Source of the DNA: a virus
Virus record (IMG/VR): IMGVR_UViG_3300031673_000012
Span: 21,419-85,418 of that record
DNA length: 64,000 nt
Direction: 5' to 3' (one strand)
This document shows positions 1 through 9,333 of the stretch, piece by piece. Every line of letters starts with the position of its first letter. The first letter of the stretch is position 1. The notes under the pieces are model-generated. The model was not told where the DNA came from, ran no database searches, and saw only the letters and a program-made list of their open reading frames with translations. The translations under genes and the position numbers were made by a program.

Positions 1-1422
1 TGCTTGATAAGCAAGAACTCTAAGTTCAGCCTGAGAATAATCTAGTTGTAATATAAGTTTTCCTTTAGGGGCTACAAACATACGTTTAATATCACTAGAA
101 GTAGTATCACGTGGGATATTTTGCAGATTAGGATTACGACTACTAAGTCTACCAGTAACTGTACCATGCAATAAAAAACTTGCATGTACCCTATTATCAG
201 AAGTTAATCTTTCCCACATACCTACAATATAGGTAGAATTTAATTTCGTTAAACCCCTTAGCTCGAGAAGATCATTAATAAAACCAGAGTCATCTAATTC
301 CTTTAATTCAATCAACACTGCTTCATCCGTAGATGCAGTTTCAGTTTTCTTTCTAGTCTCTTTATTTTCAGTAAATTTTACTACATCAAATTTAAACCCA
401 TCCGGACTATCAAATAATAAATCTATCATTTGTTTAGGACTACCAAAATTTGTAGGAGCTACCATTTTTTGCTCTTTTTTATTAATGTAATCCCCAGCTA
501 TATATCGCGAAATTTTTTCCTCTCTTCTTTTTATAACCCTCTCATCATCATAACCTTGATTCCTAATAGTCCTGATTTCTTTTTTTAAATCAGAAATCAT
601 TTTTCTTTTAACAGATTCCATTCTGGATTTTTCATATTGAATTATAATAGGATTATTTCTTAATCTTTTTTCGCAATCAATAATTTTAATTTCATATATT
701 TTTATTAATTCCCTTAAATAATCCCTATCAATATTATTCCCCCGCCATTCCACTTCAGCAAGAACTCTAGAAGCCATCATCATCATATTCCTAAACAAAG
801 TATAAAAACCACTATCTATTAAACGCCTTTCAAAAAAAATCCATAATCTTAAACAAAGATCAGCATCAAAAGCACAGTATAAAGATAAATCCTTGAGAGG
901 AACATTAGACCAAAATTCTATTAATTTATCAATCCCAGCTTTAGCTGAAGGTTGTCCTGGTAAATCATAACCCGAAAATTTTGGAATAAAACGAGTTACC
1001 ATTTCTTTCAAACCATGAGGACGTTCCTCATCTAATAAATATTTAGCAAGCATAGTATCAAATATTCTTCCAACCATAATTATACCATACTTATACCACC
1101 AATTTATTTCAAATTTAATATTTTGACCAACTTTTATTATATCTGGGTTCTCAATAACTTCACGGCCAAAATATCTTAACACCAATTTCCATTTTTCATT
1201 TTTTAAAAAAGGGGATTCCTTATGAGCTAAAGGTATTATCCAAGCACTACCTGGTTGAAATGATACACCTAATATAGTAGGTTTACTACCCGGATACATA
1301 GCACTAGTTCCAGTAGATTCATAATCAGTAGAAGCATACTTTGTTTGTTTACAGTATACCACTAACTGTTTAAGTTCCTCCCAGTTCGTAACGAGTTTAT
1401 ATTTATAATTTAATGTCTTCAA
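1..1422 (-). CDS. Family A DNA polymerase with 3'-5' exonuclease; C-terminus runs off the window
   Basis: Absent from the ORF track; translated by hand at both ends, which share one frame. Probable TTG start at 1422. ExoI motif STDYEST, GTVTGRLSSRNPNLQNIPR, motif A LDYSQAELRVLA at positions 1-50. Confidence 0.95.
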   Translation of the reverse strand, partial: MKTLNYKYKLVTNWEELKQLVVYCKQTKYASTDYESTGTSAMYPGSKPTILGVSFQPGSAWIIPLAHKESPFLKNEKWKLVLRYFGREVIENPDIIKVGQNIKFEINWWYKYGIIMVGRIFDTMLAKYLLDEERPHGLKEMVTRFIPKFSGYDLPGQPSAKAGIDKLIEFWSNVPLKDLSLYCAFDADLCLRLWIFFERRLIDSGFYTLFRNMMMMASRVLAEVEWRGNNIDRDYLRELIKIYEIKIIDCEKRLRNNPIIIQYEKSRMESVKRKMISDLKKEIRTIRNQGYDDERVIKRREEKISRYIAGDYINKKEQKMVAPTNFGSPKQMIDLLFDSPDGFKFDVVKFTENKETRKKTETASTDEAVLIELKELDDSGFINDLLELRGLTKLNSTYIVGMWERLTSDNRVHASFLLHGTVTGRLSSRNPNLQNIPRDTTSSDIKRMFVAPKGKLILQLDYSQAELRVLAYQA

Positions 1423-2119
1423 TACACCTTTTCAATGTTGGCCAATCTTTTTTATAAGCATGAAGAGAACCTATATTGTGGAATAAATAACCGGGTCTCA
1501 TTTCTATTTCAGCTGCTATATATAACATTAATCTCCAAGCTAAATAAACATCATTACCGAAATGGGTTACCACATCTGCGCTACGTTGATTATATATAAG
1601 GTTAACTTTATTATCTCTAATAAGTACCTGATAATACATAGAACATGGGATTCTTTTTTTACCCCCCAAATTAAGGGAGTCTATTTGAGCATTCCATATT
1701 GAGATAATAGCCTGTCTAGAATCAGGATTACATCGTAATTCTTTTACAACAGCATTTATTGAGAACCGCATTCTATTATTATAGGAATAATCAAATCTAC
1801 CTTCTTCATTAAGAAATTCTTTCCAAATATATTCTCTTAATTTCCAAGCTAAACCAGGATTTATATAATTAGGATCAATCCTATCAGCAAATTCTGCATC
1901 TGCCCATGTTCTAGCTTTTGGATCAGCAAAAAATAAATAATCAACCTTATAAAGATTGGTTAAAGAATAAGAATAATTAGTTATTTCCCTTGTAGAATAG
2001 TTATCATCATCCTTTACTATCTTATTTTGCATAGAATAAGGATGTACAATATGCCCCATCTCCCATACCTCACGAAAGATTTCTGACATAAGTTCATAAC
2101 AATTAGAATAAATTCTCAT
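1403..2119 (-). CDS. Thymidylate-synthase-fold enzyme, probable dCMP hydroxymethylase/methylase
   Basis: PDSRQA, catalytic IPC, NQRSADVVTHFGND, GSLHAY. Asp at the position that is Asn in dUMP-specific ThyA. Confidence 0.8.
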   Translation of the reverse strand: MRIYSNCYELMSEIFREVWEMGHIVHPYSMQNKIVKDDDNYSTREITNYSYSLTNLYKVDYLFFADPKARTWADAEFADRIDPNYINPGLAWKLREYIWKEFLNEEGRFDYSYNNRMRFSINAVVKELRCNPDSRQAIISIWNAQIDSLNLGGKKRIPCSMYYQVLIRDNKVNLIYNQRSADVVTHFGNDVYLAWRLMLYIAAEIEMRPGYLFHNIGSLHAYKKDWPTLKRCIEDIKL

Positions 2120-2430
2120 TAGTCTATTAATCTTACAATAGCCATAATATCCAACTGGTTCATGATTTTATAAACCTGTTCTCCATAAGGATTAATATTA
2201 AGTTTAACTTCTACCCCAGCATACTGACTATATATTACTTTTTGACCCACAGAATATTCCATAGGGTTATCACTAGACCCAGTTCCAGTAACAATTACTT
2301 CAGCCACTTCAGGCTTATTATCTGCAACAGAAGGAGGAATAATAATCCCCGATTCTCGAAGAGTAGCTTTTTGTTTTTCCGGGAGTACTATTACCCTTTG
2401 TTCAGCAGGATAAATTAACATTTTCTTCAT
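2119..2430 (-). CDS. groES: GroES-like co-chaperonin
   Basis: PAEQRVIV...SGIIIP mobile loop, VIVTGTG, VGQKVIYSQYAGVEVK, DIMAIV; 103 aa. Confidence 0.92.
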   Translation of the reverse strand: MKKMLIYPAEQRVIVLPEKQKATLRESGIIIPPSVADNKPEVAEVIVTGTGSSDNPMEYSVGQKVIYSQYAGVEVKLNINPYGEQVYKIMNQLDIMAIVRLID

Positions 2431-2460
2431 AATCTTTTAATTTTAAATAGTATATAGGAT

Positions 2461-3213
2461 TCAAAGTAATAATTCTTTTGCCTTAAGAGAAGTAGTTTCT
2501 ACTTTCTGAATTCTTTTTACAGCTCGAAGATGAACTTTATAAGCTATTTTCATCGATTCTGGTTTTTGAAATTTTTCAAGTATATCCATAATCTTTTTTT
2601 CCATAATACTATGATCAGGATTAATAAATGTAATTAAAGATTTATGATTATGATACATTACAAAATTCTCTGCAGTAATATAAAGATTACTACAATATAA
2701 TTTAATACTTACACTAATTTGTGGCCCATAAATATACTCAGCAATTCTTTGTACTAAAAGGAAATCCATAAGTAATCTTTTAGTTACTTCTGATGATCTG
2801 ATATTAATTATAATAATAGGATTATCTTGTGTATACCTTCGTTGGAATACCAAAGAGATTAAACAACCATGTCCAGAACCATGAGTATTAGAAAATTTAA
2901 AAGCTAAATTATAATTTTGTGTTTTCTTTTTTTCCCTCTCTAATATTTCGCTTTTAACCAAATCAAGCATATTCATATCAATATAGTTACTCTTAAGAAT
3001 ACTCCACTTCTGTTTTTTATAACCAAACATTAATCCAAAATTAAATTCTGGATCAACCCAAGCTTTATTTATCTCCATAAAATGATCATAAGAAATCATT
3101 TGTGGTCCGTTACGAACACCACCCCTATTTTTAATCCGCCTTTCCTGTGTGGCTAGGAACTCATTAATCCATTCCCAGCATTCTTGACTAGTAGCATGTT
3201 TACTTTTAATCAC
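2461..3213 (-). CDS. Second, divergent thymidylate-synthase-fold protein
   Basis: GCLISLVF and NIRSSEVTKRLLMDF align by eye with the TS PC and RSxD...N/D motifs. Confidence 0.6.
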   Translation of the reverse strand: MIKSKHATSQECWEWINEFLATQERRIKNRGGVRNGPQMISYDHFMEINKAWVDPEFNFGLMFGYKKQKWSILKSNYIDMNMLDLVKSEILEREKKKTQNYNLAFKFSNTHGSGHGCLISLVFQRRYTQDNPIIIINIRSSEVTKRLLMDFLLVQRIAEYIYGPQISVSIKLYCSNLYITAENFVMYHNHKSLITFINPDHSIMEKKIMDILEKFQKPESMKIAYKVHLRAVKRIQKVETTSLKAKELLL

Positions 3214-4019
3214 TAATATTTTGATTTAATGCGGAATTGGTTCACCTTATTTTTTTTATAATAAATTTCATAAAGAGATTCTGGAGTAAACCCAGCAAAA
3301 TAAAAGAATTTAAATAAGGCTAAAGTAGTATCTCTTATAGCCACCTCATATTGTCTGGTATCAGTCATCATCTCAGTTTGTTTCCAGGGTTTATTTTTAA
3401 GAGTATTTCTAGCTATTTGAAGATGGTAAGTTATATCCCAAAGATACTGTTTCATTATATCCCTTCTATTACTCCCCAATTGTCTTCCACCCCTAAGAAA
3501 TTCGTCTTCAAGCATGTGATCCTTTATTACCCATCTACATGGAATTTTCTTTGCAGCAACTTCTGAGTTAACTACCAAGCCCCCAAAATCATACCATGAT
3601 TTAAATAAATCAGATACCACAACGTATTCATCCATAACATAGGATAACCAATTCTCAAGTATTTCTGTTTCATAACCAGAATAAAGCATTAATTCCAACC
3701 AAAAATGAATGGCATCTGAAATTTCTTCATTAAAATTTTGTAAATGAGGGATCATTTCTTTTTCATCTATTCCCTGATGAAACATGTCCATCATGATTAA
3801 ATAAGATTCAAAACCTTCACCGAGTTCCTCAATAATCCTACCAGTAAAATCTTTTATCAATACCTGAGATTCCCGAGTATTAATATCAACAGGATAAAAA
3901 GGTAAATGTCCTTCTATCCCAGCATAATGATCTATAAGTACTTTTTGTAGATCAAAGATATCCTTAAAGGCTGATGCTCCAGGATATTTTACATTTTCTC
4001 TAATGTCTCGTACATCCAT
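3213..4019 (-). CDS. All-alpha NTP pyrophosphatase (dimeric dUTPase/dCTPase-like)
   Basis: IIEELGEGFE...NEEISDAIHF metal-binding helices, KNKPWK, C-terminal YYKKNKVNQFRIKSKY. Confidence 0.8.
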   Translation of the reverse strand: MDVRDIRENVKYPGASAFKDIFDLQKVLIDHYAGIEGHLPFYPVDINTRESQVLIKDFTGRIIEELGEGFESYLIMMDMFHQGIDEKEMIPHLQNFNEEISDAIHFWLELMLYSGYETEILENWLSYVMDEYVVVSDLFKSWYDFGGLVVNSEVAAKKIPCRWVIKDHMLEDEFLRGGRQLGSNRRDIMKQYLWDITYHLQIARNTLKNKPWKQTEMMTDTRQYEVAIRDTTLALFKFFYFAGFTPESLYEIYYKKNKVNQFRIKSKY

Positions 4020-4024
4020 AATAA

Positions 4025-4423
4025 TTAATTTTGATCATAAATTTGTTTGATTATATTTTTGGGTAAATTTAACTCATGAGCAACAAGAATTATGGTTTTT
4101 AATCTTTTATACCCTTTTTTCTTATACTCCTCAATGATTCCTTTTACTCGTTCTTTTTTCTTTAATATTTCCTCATCTGCTTCTTCAATATCCTTAAATC
4201 TTTGTTTAGATTCTATTTCAATCCTTTCCTTATGTAATCCCTGAGCCTTAACTATTGCACAAAAATCTGCATCACCACACTCTTTACATTCTGCAGCAAG
4301 TAAATCATGATACTTTCCAAAACATGGATCATCATCAGACCCCAAAGATAATACATCTAATGGTTTTAAAAAATCATAATCATCTTTATTTATTTCTTCT
4401 CTTGGTGTTCTTTCTTTTGCCAT
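4025..4423 (-). CDS. Hypothetical protein with four-Cys metal-binding motif
   Basis: PCFGK...ECKECGDADFC. Confidence 0.6.
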   Translation of the reverse strand: MAKERTPREEINKDDYDFLKPLDVLSLGSDDDPCFGKYHDLLAAECKECGDADFCAIVKAQGLHKERIEIESKQRFKDIEEADEEILKKKERVKGIIEEYKKKGYKRLKTIILVAHELNLPKNIIKQIYDQN

Positions 4424-4449
4424 ATTAATTATTTATAATTAATAGTCTT

Positions 4450-5856
4450 TTAAGATTTCCAGAGTTCTATCACCTTAAACCTCTGGTGTTTATAATATTG
4501 CAATCTATGTTTACTATGTCTTTTAAGATAGTATCCATCATCCCAAAAATCCTCATAATAAACTTTTTTCTTAGATTTATGAATCCTGATAGCTCGACCA
4601 ATTAATTGTAAAGCATTGATTTGAGAATCTCCACCAGCTGCATTCTGCATATATTTTATCAATGGCATATTCTGACCAAGTTTTACTATTAAAGAAGAAA
4701 TAAGAATATCAATTTTACCATCTTTAAAACGATCCAAAATTTCCTTTCTATTTCTAATTTTATGATGAATGAATTCGATACTATATTTATTTCCAAATCT
4801 AATTTGGAAACTATGATAAAGTCTCTCAATATGTTCATGATATTTTCCAACAATAAGAATCGGATAGCATCCACGCTGTAAATAAAAATCTGCCCTTTGC
4901 ATTGACATCCGAGTTCGTTCACAGGATAAAGTAATTCCTTCTCTATATTCTGCATCATAATCACCTCCTATTATAACTTTAGTATTTCCTTTAACTATTT
5001 TAATTATAATAGGAGTAGAAAATCCCATATACATAAGTTTAATATTAGATATGGTATAAGTTATTTCCCCAAAAAAAGATCTAACATCCATATTCTTAGT
5101 TTGATCTTTATGCCCAAAAGCAGTACCTGATAACCCAACTCTGATAACTGTATTATATAAAGTTGTGACTACCTTTTTATTTGTTGCACTAGTTATCAAA
5201 TGGCATTCATCAAAGATAACCATATTATATCTAGCTAGTTTATGAGAAAATTCACTTAATCTATTTCGTAAAGTAGGAGTCATACATACCATAATATCCG
5301 CCCATTTAATATTTTGCCCTTGCATATACCCCCATTTATCCCCAAACATTTTAGGCATATCATCTAAAAACTGTTGATATAAATCTTTATTATTAACCAA
5401 TATCAAAGCTCTTGCTTCAGGAAATGATTTATAAATCATAGCAGCTATTAAAGTTTTTCCCGCATTAGTAGCTGCTCCGATAATACCCCTTTGAAATTGT
5501 ATTCCACCTACTTCATTATATATTATACTTTTTACTGCTTTTACCTGATAATCTCTAGCTTTAAACTCACCTACTTTTATAGGTATCTCATTAAATTCTA
5601 GTACATTACGTCTATCTATTATATCATATTCTTCTTTATATTTTTCTATTAAACTAATAACCATAGGAAAAAGTCCAGTCTTACTATACCCTTGATCGGT
5701 TAAATATTTGATCTTACCATCCCATCCAGGTTCCATATAAGGACGAAGATACCATTGATTTGGGTGTCTGACTTTCATATCTTCATACACTTTATTCAAT
5801 ACTTTCATATTCCCCGAAAGTTTAAATTTATTATTATTTAATTCTATCCGAATCAT
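4450..5856 (-). CDS. SF2 (UvsW-like) DNA helicase
   Basis: RDYQ, ATNAGKT, DECH, GLSGT, QLIGRAIR. Confidence 0.9.
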   Translation of the reverse strand: MIRIELNNNKFKLSGNMKVLNKVYEDMKVRHPNQWYLRPYMEPGWDGKIKYLTDQGYSKTGLFPMVISLIEKYKEEYDIIDRRNVLEFNEIPIKVGEFKARDYQVKAVKSIIYNEVGGIQFQRGIIGAATNAGKTLIAAMIYKSFPEARALILVNNKDLYQQFLDDMPKMFGDKWGYMQGQNIKWADIMVCMTPTLRNRLSEFSHKLARYNMVIFDECHLITSATNKKVVTTLYNTVIRVGLSGTAFGHKDQTKNMDVRSFFGEITYTISNIKLMYMGFSTPIIIKIVKGNTKVIIGGDYDAEYREGITLSCERTRMSMQRADFYLQRGCYPILIVGKYHEHIERLYHSFQIRFGNKYSIEFIHHKIRNRKEILDRFKDGKIDILISSLIVKLGQNMPLIKYMQNAAGGDSQINALQLIGRAIRIHKSKKKVYYEDFWDDGYYLKRHSKHRLQYYKHQRFKVIELWKS

Positions 5857-6055
5857 TCCTTATTTTATATTCTTCAAGATTTTTTATCAATATTTTATTA
5901 TCTTTTAACCATTTCACTACTTCTTTTTCTGTCGTATCCGAATTTCTTGAAAGACAATAGATTAATATATTCCTACCTTCTTCATAATAAATAGCTGTAT
6001 TTTTTATACTACTCTGTAATCTATTAAAAGCCATTTCAATTGCAAACGATTTCAT
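5834..6055 (-). CDS. Hypothetical protein
   Basis: Overlaps both neighbours in the operon. Confidence 0.55.
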   Translation of the reverse strand: MKSFAIEMAFNRLQSSIKNTAIYYEEGRNILIYCLSRNSDTTEKEVVKWLKDNKILIKNLEEYKIRNDSDRIK

Positions 6056-6837
6056 TTTTTATTAACTTTAATACCATGTGTAAAGCAATACCTAATCACT
6101 CTTTCAATTGCTTTAGTCCCCACTAACTGTGTTGGGTGGGGTATTCCTTTAGAAAAATCAAACCCATCAAATTGAGCTTGCATATATATTTTAACTGACA
6201 CATTTAATTTTTCAGCCTGTTCTCTAGCCCTTACAAACCAAACATATCTTTCTGGTAATTGTTCTAAAACATCATGCATACCTGTATTTTCAATAACCCT
6301 CTGAGCATAAGCTCTATACATTAAGTTTGTCATTTCTGTATCCTTATCTTTTTCTATTTCCAACATAGCTTGATAAGTCTCATAAATTCCCTCATACATT
6401 ACAGGAAATTTATTTATATTAAATTTTTTCATCTTAGATAACCCTATCTGTATATATTTTAAAAAACCATATCTACGAGTAAGGTTAAATTCATTAGTAA
6501 AATTTAAGGCGTGAGCAGTTATTTCTTTAAGAACCCCCCAATCTCTACTACCAACTTTAATTGGAGTTATCCCTCGGTGTTTCATTCTCTTTCGAGTAGC
6601 ATAAATTAATTGGGCAAGAAGATCTGCATCACGCCTTGATGATTGAACTAATCTTTTAGCTTTCTTTTCCATGTGTTCTGTACTAATAGAAATAGTTCTT
6701 GTATGTAAAGAATAAGGTTTTGCTATAAAGAAAAATTTATTAGTTAATCCTTCGATATCTACTCCAATAGGCATTAACTCTTTCATAAGATTAAAAAAAT
6801 CTTTTTTGGTTATATGTATACTTGGTTCACGATGCAT
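6052..6837 (-). CDS. Hypothetical replication-region protein
   Basis: 261-aa ORF between helicase and primase; no motif recognised. Confidence 0.6.
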   Translation of the reverse strand: MHREPSIHITKKDFFNLMKELMPIGVDIEGLTNKFFFIAKPYSLHTRTISISTEHMEKKAKRLVQSSRRDADLLAQLIYATRKRMKHRGITPIKVGSRDWGVLKEITAHALNFTNEFNLTRRYGFLKYIQIGLSKMKKFNINKFPVMYEGIYETYQAMLEIEKDKDTEMTNLMYRAYAQRVIENTGMHDVLEQLPERYVWFVRAREQAEKLNVSVKIYMQAQFDGFDFSKGIPHPTQLVGTKAIERVIRYCFTHGIKVNKK

Positions 6838-7765
6838 GTTTCATCTTTATTAAATCATTATAATTTAACCACCGAGATCTATTCACATATCGTAATGTTC
6901 TTTTTTGTCCTATATCATTTACATCCTTACCTTCTGGTAATTCAATAAGTTTCAAATTTTTATGATAAGTTAATTCTAATGATACTTTAATGGCATCCTC
7001 CATAGCATCTGGATCAAGTAATATAATAACATTCTCAACATCTGATTTGATCAACATAGAAATCTGATAATGTGATATCTTCTTACCACCTGTTGCTACT
7101 CCCTGATCTCCCATTGTCTGAGCATTAATGACCCCTTCTACTAAATATATAGTTTGGTATAAAGCAAGAGCATCTATATTATACATAATAAGAGATTTAC
7201 CTAATCCAAAATCCTCTATCTTAGGATTCATATACTTAGGACCCATACCTACAAATCTTCTACCATTAAAATATATTAATTTACCACCTGCATAAAATGG
7301 TATTATTATATAACCAAAATAATCCCCTCTAGTCCCATAACCCCAACCTTTATATGCCATCTCTTCTGGATCAAATCCCCTTCCACTTACATAATTTCTT
7401 GCAGTCTTTGCTAACCTACTATCTCCTAATACCAAACTCTTAAATCCATCTGGTAATACAGTATCTATTCTTTCAATCCTTTCAATTATAGGTTCTAAGT
7501 ATTCCCTTCCTTCATACGCTTCAAGATAATTCCAAGTCTCTTGAAAATTTGAAAATCCTTCCATATCCATTACTAATCTAACAGGTGAAGGATGAAATCC
7601 GCATACAAAACAATTAGTTCTATTCCGTGAAAGGTTCATTCCAAATTTATCTATTCTTCCACAGTCAGGACAATTACCCTTTAACCATCCTCTACGGTAT
7701 TCCCTTAACCCCAATCTTTTTAGAGCATACGAATAAAGCTTAGTTCTTATAATTTTATTCAGCAT
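6827..7765 (-). CDS. DNA primase (Zn finger + TOPRIM)
   Basis: CPDC...CFVC, YLVEGVINA, LLDPD, KDVND. Confidence 0.9.
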   Translation of the reverse strand: MLNKIIRTKLYSYALKRLGLREYRRGWLKGNCPDCGRIDKFGMNLSRNRTNCFVCGFHPSPVRLVMDMEGFSNFQETWNYLEAYEGREYLEPIIERIERIDTVLPDGFKSLVLGDSRLAKTARNYVSGRGFDPEEMAYKGWGYGTRGDYFGYIIIPFYAGGKLIYFNGRRFVGMGPKYMNPKIEDFGLGKSLIMYNIDALALYQTIYLVEGVINAQTMGDQGVATGGKKISHYQISMLIKSDVENVIILLDPDAMEDAIKVSLELTYHKNLKLIELPEGKDVNDIGQKRTLRYVNRSRWLNYNDLIKMKHAS

Positions 7766-9191
7766 CTTCTAAATCTTTATTTCTTAATTTTCTTCTTGAA
7801 CCTTCATAACTATTATCTCTCGTATCTGAACCATCAGAAGGGTATGATTTATTATACTCTTCTAATTCTTTTTTCGATAACGGTCTTAATAATTGTATTA
7901 CTGGATCAATCTTAAAAATTACTTTACCATGTGGTGGTCCATCTCTTTGATCTATAATAGTTAATCTTTGATACCCATTTGTTTCTTCTCTTTCAGATCT
8001 ATTCAATCCATATAAAGCTTGAACATGTCTAGTGATATCAATAGCTCCAGCAACATCAGTAGATTCATAAATCTTTCCTTCCCTTTGTTTAGCAGCTTCT
8101 CTAGTAACATGTTGAGCAGTCCAAACTAAATCAATATTTTTTTCCAAAGCCAAATTCCCCATATCAATATAAGCTTCTGATATCCTTTCATGAAGAGAAT
8201 CTTTACCAGATATACAACCCATTTTAGAAACATAATCTATAACAAGAATATCAACTTGAAAACCATATTCCCGATACAAATAATCTATATAATTCCCAAT
8301 ATCTGTAGCTGTAGTTACAAGTGAAGGCATTCTTTTAACTATAATCTCACCACCATGCCTTTTACTTTTACGTAATGATTCCCTTACTACCTGATCTACA
8401 TCACCATCTTCATCTAATAACTCCTTTTTAGTTACACCGGCTACACATTGTTCAATCCTCATTAAAATTTCATCCTCCCCATTATCCAAATCTATAATCA
8501 GAACATTCTTTTTATACCTTTGCATATATCTTAAAGATATATTAATAAGTACCCCTGTTTTAAATTTCTTAGCTCGATCAAGAACAACCAATATACTCCC
8601 TTTAGAATATCCTCCAGCATTTGTTAACCTATTTAATTGTTCCCATGGCATAGTAATAATAGAACCTTTTTCTTTTCTTTTAACTTGCCTTAATCTTACA
8701 TCACGAACTAAAAATGTTCCCTTTTCTTCTATCTTCTGAATACGAGGGGCAATAGCTTTTTGAACCTTTCTAGAAAATATATCATATTGTTCATAATCCA
8801 ATAAATTAATATTTTCTATCTCATGTTTTAAATCTACGTATTGTGCAAATTTTTCTGTACTAGCTAAGATTTCGTCACCATCTTTAATTATACCTTTAAA
8901 TAAATCAGAAGCAATAGATAATATTTCTTTTCTATCATTATCAGTAAGATTATTAACAAATTCTCGATTATCAAATGTTTTATGTAATTCTTCAAATAAA
9001 ATAGTTTTTCCAGGAATTGTTTTTCGCCTTTTATAATAAGACTTTAAAGTAAAAGCTATTACAGCATGTTCAACTAAAGTAAAATAAGAATCATCATATA
9101 ATTCTATTACCTTATAACCGTTTTTATCCTGAACTGTATATTTTAATAAATCTAATTGAAAATCAGTAGTGAATTTGAATTTCATAATCAC
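7755..9191 (-). CDS. DnaB-like replicative helicase
   Basis: LNRLTNAGG, Walker B ILVIDY, VWTAQHVTR, QRDG; adjacent to primase. Walker A is atypical (DRAKKFKT). Confidence 0.85.
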   Translation of the reverse strand: MIMKFKFTTDFQLDLLKYTVQDKNGYKVIELYDDSYFTLVEHAVIAFTLKSYYKRRKTIPGKTILFEELHKTFDNREFVNNLTDNDRKEILSIASDLFKGIIKDGDEILASTEKFAQYVDLKHEIENINLLDYEQYDIFSRKVQKAIAPRIQKIEEKGTFLVRDVRLRQVKRKEKGSIITMPWEQLNRLTNAGGYSKGSILVVLDRAKKFKTGVLINISLRYMQRYKKNVLIIDLDNGEDEILMRIEQCVAGVTKKELLDEDGDVDQVVRESLRKSKRHGGEIIVKRMPSLVTTATDIGNYIDYLYREYGFQVDILVIDYVSKMGCISGKDSLHERISEAYIDMGNLALEKNIDLVWTAQHVTREAAKQREGKIYESTDVAGAIDITRHVQALYGLNRSEREETNGYQRLTIIDQRDGPPHGKVIFKIDPVIQLLRPLSKKELEEYNKSYPSDGSDTRDNSYEGSRRKLRNKDLEDAE

Positions 9192-9278
9192 CCAATTAAC
9201 TTATGCAACATTATTATATAGTATATAGTATAATCCCAAAGAACTAGTAACCTTGTTAAAAGAATTTGCCTTAATGTA

Positions 9279-9310
9279 TTTGCATATTAAATAAATATAT
9301 ATTATATTTG
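9279..9310 (+). promoter_or_regulatory. Bacteroidota-type housekeeping promoter (-33 TTTG / -7 TATATTTG)
   Basis: TTTG at 9279-9282, 20-nt spacer, TATATTTG at 9303-9310, 23 nt upstream of the ATG at 9334. Confidence 0.7.
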
Positions 9311-9333
9311 AATTACAATACTAATTATAAAAA

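Noticed and set aside
1403-2119. Ordinary thymidylate synthase ThyA
   Set aside because: The specificity residue appears to be Asp rather than Asn and the protein is short, so it was not labelled thyA.
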